Notes under the pieces: model-generated
What the model was told of the DNA's origin: nothing
The model's database searches: none
Seen by the model: only the letters and a program-made list of their open reading frames with translations
Shown here: positions 56,600-62,088 of the stretch, in pieces
Layout of the letters: each line of letters begins with the position of its first letter
Numbering within the stretch: the stretch's first letter is position 1
Position numbers and translations under genes: made by a program
IMG/VR virus record: IMGVR_UViG_3300046007_006509
Coordinates: 1 to 62,088 of that record
Strand: one strand, 5' to 3'
Length of the DNA: 62,088 nucleotides
Origin: a virus
Lineage: Duplodnaviria > Caudoviricetes

Positions 56600-58303
56600 T
56601 TATTCAACTGGTGGTAGTGGATCAGGTGCTATTGTTAATATAGTTGACAATGGTTGTGCTTCAGGAATAAGTTGTTGCTCTGCGTTACTGTATATCACAC
56701 CTGTATCATTTATAAAGCCTGATAATAATGATTTATCTTGTTCTGTAAAGCCCGTTTCCGTTCTTACATTTGTTGACATTCTGACCCATATAGTACCGTC
56801 CCAACGGAATAAAACATTTGGTAGATAATCTATACGAAGGAAATAATCGCCAACTTGAGGATTATTGGGGAAAGCTATTCCTGTGCCAGTTGGTAGTCCA
56901 TTTGGTGCAGTGCCATCACCTGTTAAATAGCCATTTGTATAACTAAAACTTCTTGGGGTGTATCTAGATATATATTGGAATCTAGGATCGCAATCTGCAC
57001 GGAAGTCCATTTGTTGACTGATAGTGCCACTAAAGCCTGGCTGAGTGGGATCCTGATCCGCTGTTGCATATGTATTGTCAGCAGTTCCATATGGTCCTGT
57101 AATTTGGCCTAAACTTTGTAATGTAAGAATATTAGTGCCACTTACTTGACCTGAACCGGTTGATAATCTTTCAGGAGCTTTTTCAATCACTTGTAAACTT
57201 GCTTGCACAAATTTGTCTAAAATATCTGAAGGATCTGAATCAACTGTCATATCCCAAATACTTTGCATTGCTGCTTTAGAAATTTTTATTGCAGGACTTG
57301 CTTTCTTATATTTAGGATTGCGTATCATTGTTACAGAGCCAGGAATGCCGCTACTTGATACTACTATGTCTATAGGTGGTGCAGGCTGATTAATTTTCTT
57401 TGATAATACACCATTTTCTTCCCATACACCATATGTAGGAACAACATATAACTCACTGGTATCGTAACCTGATTTAGGTACAATTCGTTTAGCTTCGTTA
57501 ATTACAGCATCATTAACTGCAATGTTTTTGTTATAAGTACCTAAAATATCTCTTAAATTATCTGCTGTATCAAGTTCCCAATAAGTTTCATTTGGTGGTG
57601 CGATACCTACAGGCACATCAATTTTTGCTTTGTAATTTTTGTCACCGTAAGTTATTACATAACCAGCGGGGTATGTTTTTGTACTATCCCATAAACCAAG
57701 ATATGTGTCTTGATTAATAGGCTGTTGTAATATTTGACTAAATTCTTGACTATCAACTAAAGGTTCGCATTTTATTCGCCACAAATGCGGGAACCAAGTT
57801 TGACTGAAGCCCTCACTAGCATAGTTCGCATCAGTTATTTGCATGAAACGCTTAAGCGCAACAGGTATTGTTTCTTTTAATGGATTATAATCTAGCAAGT
57901 GTGGCAACTCAATAACATCACCTACCATTAGTTTACGACCAACTATTTCTATCATATCATTATAGTGAACTGTGATAAAAATAATATCATTATTTAAGAA
58001 TAAACCAAATTGACTTAAATCGAAATCTAAGTTTTGAACATTGTAATGTCCGCGTAATCTATAAATATTTGGGTCATATGTCCTATCTCTATTCTCCAAA
58101 AACAATAAATCCTGTATATTTGTAGGATCAAGTTTGTTATATTGAGGTTGTGTATAGTCAATACTAGGACCTTGGTCAGTTGGACCCAAATACTTATGTA
58201 TGTACAAATCGGTACCGCCCACAGTTAATTGTTCAGAAATATTTCTGTCCAAAAATCTGTAGTCGTTTTGTTTATTTTCGCGGTATAGGCTTAACTTTGG
58301 CAT
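56600..58303 (-). CDS. gp14: neck/head-closure protein (T4 gp14-like), extended
   Basis: GTDLYIHKY, DLSQFGL..D..FIT, GDVIELP; start MPKLSLY at 58303 after reverse TAAATA. Confidence 0.7.
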   Translation of the reverse strand: MPKLSLYRENKQNDYRFLDRNISEQLTVGGTDLYIHKYLGPTDQGPSIDYTQPQYNKLDPTNIQDLLFLENRDRTYDPNIYRLRGHYNVQNLDFDLSQFGLFLNNDIIFITVHYNDMIEIVGRKLMVGDVIELPHLLDYNPLKETIPVALKRFMQITDANYASEGFSQTWFPHLWRIKCEPLVDSQEFSQILQQPINQDTYLGLWDSTKTYPAGYVITYGDKNYKAKIDVPVGIAPPNETYWELDTADNLRDILGTYNKNIAVNDAVINEAKRIVPKSGYDTSELYVVPTYGVWEENGVLSKKINQPAPPIDIVVSSSGIPGSVTMIRNPKYKKASPAIKISKAAMQSIWDMTVDSDPSDILDKFVQASLQVIEKAPERLSTGSGQVSGTNILTLQSLGQITGPYGTADNTYATADQDPTQPGFSGTISQQMDFRADCDPRFQYISRYTPRSFSYTNGYLTGDGTAPNGLPTGTGIAFPNNPQVGDYFLRIDYLPNVLFRWDGTIWVRMSTNVRTETGFTEQDKSLLSGFINDTGVIYSNAEQQLIPEAQPLSTILTIAPDPLPPVE

Positions 58304-58324
58304 ATTGTATTTATCGGACAAGGC

Positions 58325-58353
58325 TTGACAATAAATCGGAAAACATATATAAT
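58325..58353 (+). promoter_or_regulatory. early sigma70 promoter cassette 6
   Basis: TTGACAataaat, 17-nt spacer, TATAAT; back-to-back with the gp14 late promoter. Confidence 0.88.
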
Positions 58354-58383
58354 GAGTAATCATGTACATTTGTTGGAGCAAGT

Positions 58384-59580
58384 ATGGTACGCAAATCTGT
58401 TAAAAAGCCTGCTGACCCTTCTGTAGTCAAGGCATTGGATCCTAAAGATCCCGATACAAAATATTATGGTAGCGAACCGTTTTTTGCGGATGAGATGCCA
58501 AATCGAACTGCACAACTTGGACAAGGACTAAGTTGGTACAGCCGTTTTTACGGTCGCAAAGATGCGAAAGAAATGCTGGTACAGTATCTTGATTTGACTG
58601 GCAATCAAGGTTTGGCAAAAGTAATTCGCAAAGTTGAAGAAAGTCAACTAAATCCTAGTATGTGCTGGGTAGCAAGGATGACTTTGCGCGGATTAAAACT
58701 GTCCGAAATTGAAAGTCAACGATTGAAGGACGAAATTAATCGCCTTGTACTAACAGTACAAAAGCCAGAAACAAACAAGATTTCCCAAACTGGTGGAAAG
58801 AAAACAGATAAAACAGAAAAAGAAGTTGCACATAAAGCAAATGTGCAAGAGATTATGAAAGAACGGACCCGAGAAGCCGCAGGTGAAATTGAGGGTATGT
58901 TCGATGATTATATTCTTGCAGGTGCAAAATCCACATTTAATTATAAGCCTATTGATGAACTAGCAAAAAAGAATGTGTTGCCGCAACACATTTACATTTT
59001 GAATACTATTTGGCAAAAGCGCCGTGATGAGTATTTGGAAGTGCTTGAAGGTAAGGATAGCCAGTTAGTTCAGGCGTATGGGCATTTGACAAAAACACAA
59101 ATCAAAAACGTTTTGAAACTTATCGACCAGTTTCTATCTGATTTTAATAGCTATATTTCTATTAAGAAGGCCAATAAAGCTCCCCGAGCCCGTAAGGCAG
59201 TTCCTGTTGAAAAGATTGTAAGCAAACTAAAGTATCTCAAAGAATTTAAAGATCCTGCAATGAAGTTGGATCTTACAAGTTTGCATCCTGTAAAACTGCA
59301 TGGTGCTAGTGAGGCTTGGGTTTATGATACAGCAAAGCGTAAATTGCATCACTATATAGCTGATGAATATAGCAAGTCATTTAGTGTCAAGGGTAATACA
59401 ATTATCGGCTTTGATAATAAAACCAGTGAAGTAAAAACTCTACGCAAGCCCGGTGAGCAGTTGAAAGAAATAATGGGTAGTAAGCCCGCCGCTCGTAAAT
59501 ACTTCAAGGAAATCAAGGCAGTTTCTACAAGCCCTAATGGTAGGTTCAACGATGCTATGATTATTTTGAAAGCGTTTTAA
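58384..59580 (+). CDS. basic early hypothetical protein
   Basis: 398 aa, GGAG RBS, C-terminal KTLRKP..NGRFN. Confidence 0.75.
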   Translation: MVRKSVKKPADPSVVKALDPKDPDTKYYGSEPFFADEMPNRTAQLGQGLSWYSRFYGRKDAKEMLVQYLDLTGNQGLAKVIRKVEESQLNPSMCWVARMTLRGLKLSEIESQRLKDEINRLVLTVQKPETNKISQTGGKKTDKTEKEVAHKANVQEIMKERTREAAGEIEGMFDDYILAGAKSTFNYKPIDELAKKNVLPQHIYILNTIWQKRRDEYLEVLEGKDSQLVQAYGHLTKTQIKNVLKLIDQFLSDFNSYISIKKANKAPRARKAVPVEKIVSKLKYLKEFKDPAMKLDLTSLHPVKLHGASEAWVYDTAKRKLHHYIADEYSKSFSVKGNTIIGFDNKTSEVKTLRKPGEQLKEIMGSKPAARKYFKEIKAVSTSPNGRFNDAMIILKAF

Positions 59581-60170
59581 TGGATAAACTTCTAATCTGC
59601 GGTGATAGTTTTGCCGCTGATTGGACTGTAAAACATAAAGGATATGGTTGGGTAAATCTGCTTGAGCAAAATTATAAGGTTACAAACCTAGCTCAAGCAG
59701 GTTGTAGTGAATATAAAATCCTAAAACAGTTACAGTCAGTCGATTTAAATAAATTTGATTTAGTGCTAGTATCTCATACTAGCCCTTACCGCCTTTTTGT
59801 TAAAGAACATCCTGTTCATTCAAAAGACAGGTTACACAAAAATAGTTGTTTGTTATATAGTGATATCATCGAACACTTACCTGAACATTCAAATTTGCAA
59901 CCCGTTGCAGATTACTTTGACAAATATTTTGATTTAGAATATGCAGAGTTTATGCATAATCTATTACTTGAAAAGATAGATAGTCTTTGCGGAAGCAACA
60001 CTTTGCATATTTCACACATCGAGTGGGACAATTTATACAAGTTTAAAAATTTTATTAACTTTAAAAAAATTTTTGAAAAATATCGAGGATCAATGAATCA
60101 TTATAATCCTCAAGGCAATGATATAGTATATGAAAGAGTTTTAGCAAAACTTAGAGGTATATATGAGTAA
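59580..60170 (+). CDS. SGNH/GDSL-hydrolase-like protein
   Basis: ICGDSF, NLAQAGCS, MNHY. Confidence 0.7.
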   Translation: MDKLLICGDSFAADWTVKHKGYGWVNLLEQNYKVTNLAQAGCSEYKILKQLQSVDLNKFDLVLVSHTSPYRLFVKEHPVHSKDRLHKNSCLLYSDIIEHLPEHSNLQPVADYFDKYFDLEYAEFMHNLLLEKIDSLCGSNTLHISHIEWDNLYKFKNFINFKKIFEKYRGSMNHYNPQGNDIVYERVLAKLRGIYE

Positions 60171-60924
60171 AAAAATAATGTTAATAGCAGGCGGAAGTGA
60201 TCCTGCAGGCTCTGAAATTGATGGATCTTGTGATAGTGAATACAATCGTAAAAATAGTTTTGGTAATTTACTAGCAAATAAGTTGGGATATGAACCTATC
60301 AATATAGCAATTGCAGGATCAGCGAATGGCGGAATTGTTCGAAGTGTCCTTGACTGGTTCAATCACGAATATGATCCCTATGATGAAGTATTTGTTTTAG
60401 TAGGATGGGCCGATGGCATACGAATGGAGGTGCCCTTTTATCAAAAAACATGGTATAAAAATGAATGGGATAAACATGTCGATTGGTATAGTCCTACACA
60501 TGACGATTATATCCGTATAAACTTAGGTTACAAAGGTAACGGCAGTAAAGAGCAAGATTTCATAGAGGGTTACCATAGATTTATGGTAGATAATGAATTA
60601 TTCCTTGAAATATTGAGTGCGACCTATGTAACGCAACTTCAGTATTTTTTAAAAATGAACAAAATTAAATACCTGTTTGTAAATACTTTGTATATGTTTA
60701 CACAACACCATGTCACATTAGATTGGTATAAAGAACAGATTGATAGAAAACGATTCTTAGACTTTGATAACAATGCTGAGCCGTTCTATTATAAGTATGC
60801 TAATATGGGTTATAAGAACGCAAAAGCACAATATTATCACCATGATGAGGTTCCGCACAAGTTATATGCAGAACATTTGTATGATTACATTACAAAAAAT
60901 AATTTACATTTAAATTTTAAATAA
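60163..60924 (+). CDS. SGNH/GDSL-hydrolase-like protein
   Basis: IAGGSD, NIAIAGSAN, VLVGW, YYHH..H. Confidence 0.65.
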   Translation: MSKKIMLIAGGSDPAGSEIDGSCDSEYNRKNSFGNLLANKLGYEPINIAIAGSANGGIVRSVLDWFNHEYDPYDEVFVLVGWADGIRMEVPFYQKTWYKNEWDKHVDWYSPTHDDYIRINLGYKGNGSKEQDFIEGYHRFMVDNELFLEILSATYVTQLQYFLKMNKIKYLFVNTLYMFTQHHVTLDWYKEQIDRKRFLDFDNNAEPFYYKYANMGYKNAKAQYYHHDEVPHKLYAEHLYDYITKNNLHLNFK

Positions 60925-60934
60925 GGATAAAAAT

Positions 60935-61372
60935 ATGAGTGGAGTTGATTTAAACAGATACCAAGAGTTTGTAAAAGCTGTAACAAGTGAACCTAGTAAT
61001 GATTTAACTACATTTATGAATCGTTGCGATTTACTAGATGGCAATTATGACTTTACAAACAATCAACATGGCCCGGATATTAATGTCCCACTATTGCTAA
61101 CAGCATGTTTAGGACTTGCCGCAGAAAGTGGTGAGTTTTGCGAGATTCCTAAAAAGATTTTCTTTCAAGGCAAACCACTAAATGAAGAAAATGTGTTTCA
61201 TATGAAGCGTGAACTAGGTGATATCATGTGGTATTGGATCAATGCTTGCAGGGCATTGAATCTTGACCCAAATGATGTTATTGCTGAAAATGTTCGCAAA
61301 CTGGAAACTAGATATCCTGGTGGAAAGTTTGACATTTACCAAAGTGAAAACCGTAAAGCAGGCGACCTATAG
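60935..61372 (+). CDS. mazG: MazG-like nucleotide pyrophosphohydrolase
   Basis: GLAAESGEFCE..KK, KRELGDIMWY, NVRKLETRY. Confidence 0.88.
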   Translation: MSGVDLNRYQEFVKAVTSEPSNDLTTFMNRCDLLDGNYDFTNNQHGPDINVPLLLTACLGLAAESGEFCEIPKKIFFQGKPLNEENVFHMKRELGDIMWYWINACRALNLDPNDVIAENVRKLETRYPGGKFDIYQSENRKAGDL

Positions 61373-61406
61373 ACACCCGATAAATACATTATAACGGGGA
61401 CTAAAA

Positions 61407-62088
61407 ATGGTTGCAAGCGTATTAACAACACCTACAAATTTAACATTAGATGAATTAAAAGAGGCACTTTTCAATAACTTAAGACTGCGTTTGGGCGGCG
61501 ATATTATTGATTTGGAATTAGATCCTCAGCATTATGAGGCAGCTTTTAATTATGCTATCAAAATTTATAGACAAAGAGCACAAAATGCAACTGTCGAATC
61601 ATATACATTAATGACGGTAATTAAAAATGTTGACACATATACTTTACCGCAAGAATTTATTAATGTACGAAGTCTATTCCGTAGAACTGTAGGTTTAGAA
61701 ACAGGCCCAAGCTCAACATCATTCGATCCATTTAGTAGTGCTATTTTAAATACATATTTGTTGAATTATAACTACACCGGTGGTATGGCAACATATGATT
61801 TCTATGCAGGATATGTTGAATTAGCTGCTAGAATGTTCGGTGGTTATGTAACATATACTTTTAATCCAGTTACCAAAGTCTTAAAAGTGGTTAGAGATTT
61901 TAAAGGAACCGGCGAAAGAATATTAATATGGGCCGATGTGCAGCGTCCTGTAGAAGAACTTATACAGGATCCTGGTGCTGGTGTTTGGATTGGTGACTTT
62001 ACATTAGCAGTCCTTAAAGGGATAATTGGCGAAGCCCGTGAAAAATTTGGTAGTATTGCAGGTCCAGGTGGCGGTACAACTCTTAACC
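61407..62088 (+). CDS. gp13: neck protein (T4 gp13-like), truncated by the window end
   Basis: TAAATA at 61381; MVASVL..LRLRLGGDIIDLELD..GEAREKFGSIAGPGGGTTLN; not in the ORF track. Confidence 0.85.
   Translation, partial: MVASVLTTPTNLTLDELKEALFNNLRLRLGGDIIDLELDPQHYEAAFNYAIKIYRQRAQNATVESYTLMTVIKNVDTYTLPQEFINVRSLFRRTVGLETGPSSTSFDPFSSAILNTYLLNYNYTGGMATYDFYAGYVELAARMFGGYVTYTFNPVTKVLKVVRDFKGTGERILIWADVQRPVEELIQDPGAGVWIGDFTLAVLKGIIGEAREKFGSIAGPGGGTTLN

Noticed and set aside
58304-58381. N-terminal extension of the gp14-like ORF given in the ORF track
   Set aside because: It overlaps two back-to-back promoters; the likely start is ATG 58303. Similar over-extensions were trimmed at 738, 15185, 16221, 19983, 20949, 22955, 42087 and 45908
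1-62088. Stop-codon reassignment, tRNA genes, or introns/inteins in core genes
   Set aside because: Core genes are full length in the standard code and uninterrupted; intergenic gaps are short and I saw no cloverleaf by eye (tRNAscan not run)

Overview
A 62-kb, gene-dense, AT-rich fragment of a large T4-like myovirus genome, read with the standard genetic code. It contains T4-type replication and recombination genes (gp32 SSB, UvsX, UvsY, UvsW, gp61 primase, gp41 helicase, a gp62-like clamp-loader subunit), the large terminase, neck and tail-completion genes (gp13, gp14, gp15), tail-fibre and baseplate proteins, and a spanin pair. Nucleotide-metabolism genes are DHFR, ThyA, MazG and a Nudix hydrolase. 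Host-type auxiliary genes include IscA, a subtilisin, 2OG-Fe(II) oxygenases, sugar-nucleotide enzymes, glycosyltransferase-like and SGNH-like proteins. The IscA and spanin suggest a proteobacterial host (inference). Regulation is visible in the DNA as repeated sigma70 early-promoter cassettes (TTGACAATAAAT-N-TATAAT) and many TAAATA late promoters, several positioned to give leaderless mRNAs or embedded in hairpins that occlude the start codon. The most unusual items are a 193-aa miniature DnaE (PolIII alpha) catalytic core, a free-standing degenerate Hint/intein-like protein, a probably virion-packaged RNA-ligase-like protein among capsid-targeted proteins, a modular 701-aa head polyprotein, an expanded family of small LRW-ending paralogs, and structured 5' leader RNAs. 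I saw no tRNA, rRNA, CRISPR array, integrase or reverse transcriptase. All family assignments come from motif recognition by eye, not database searches.
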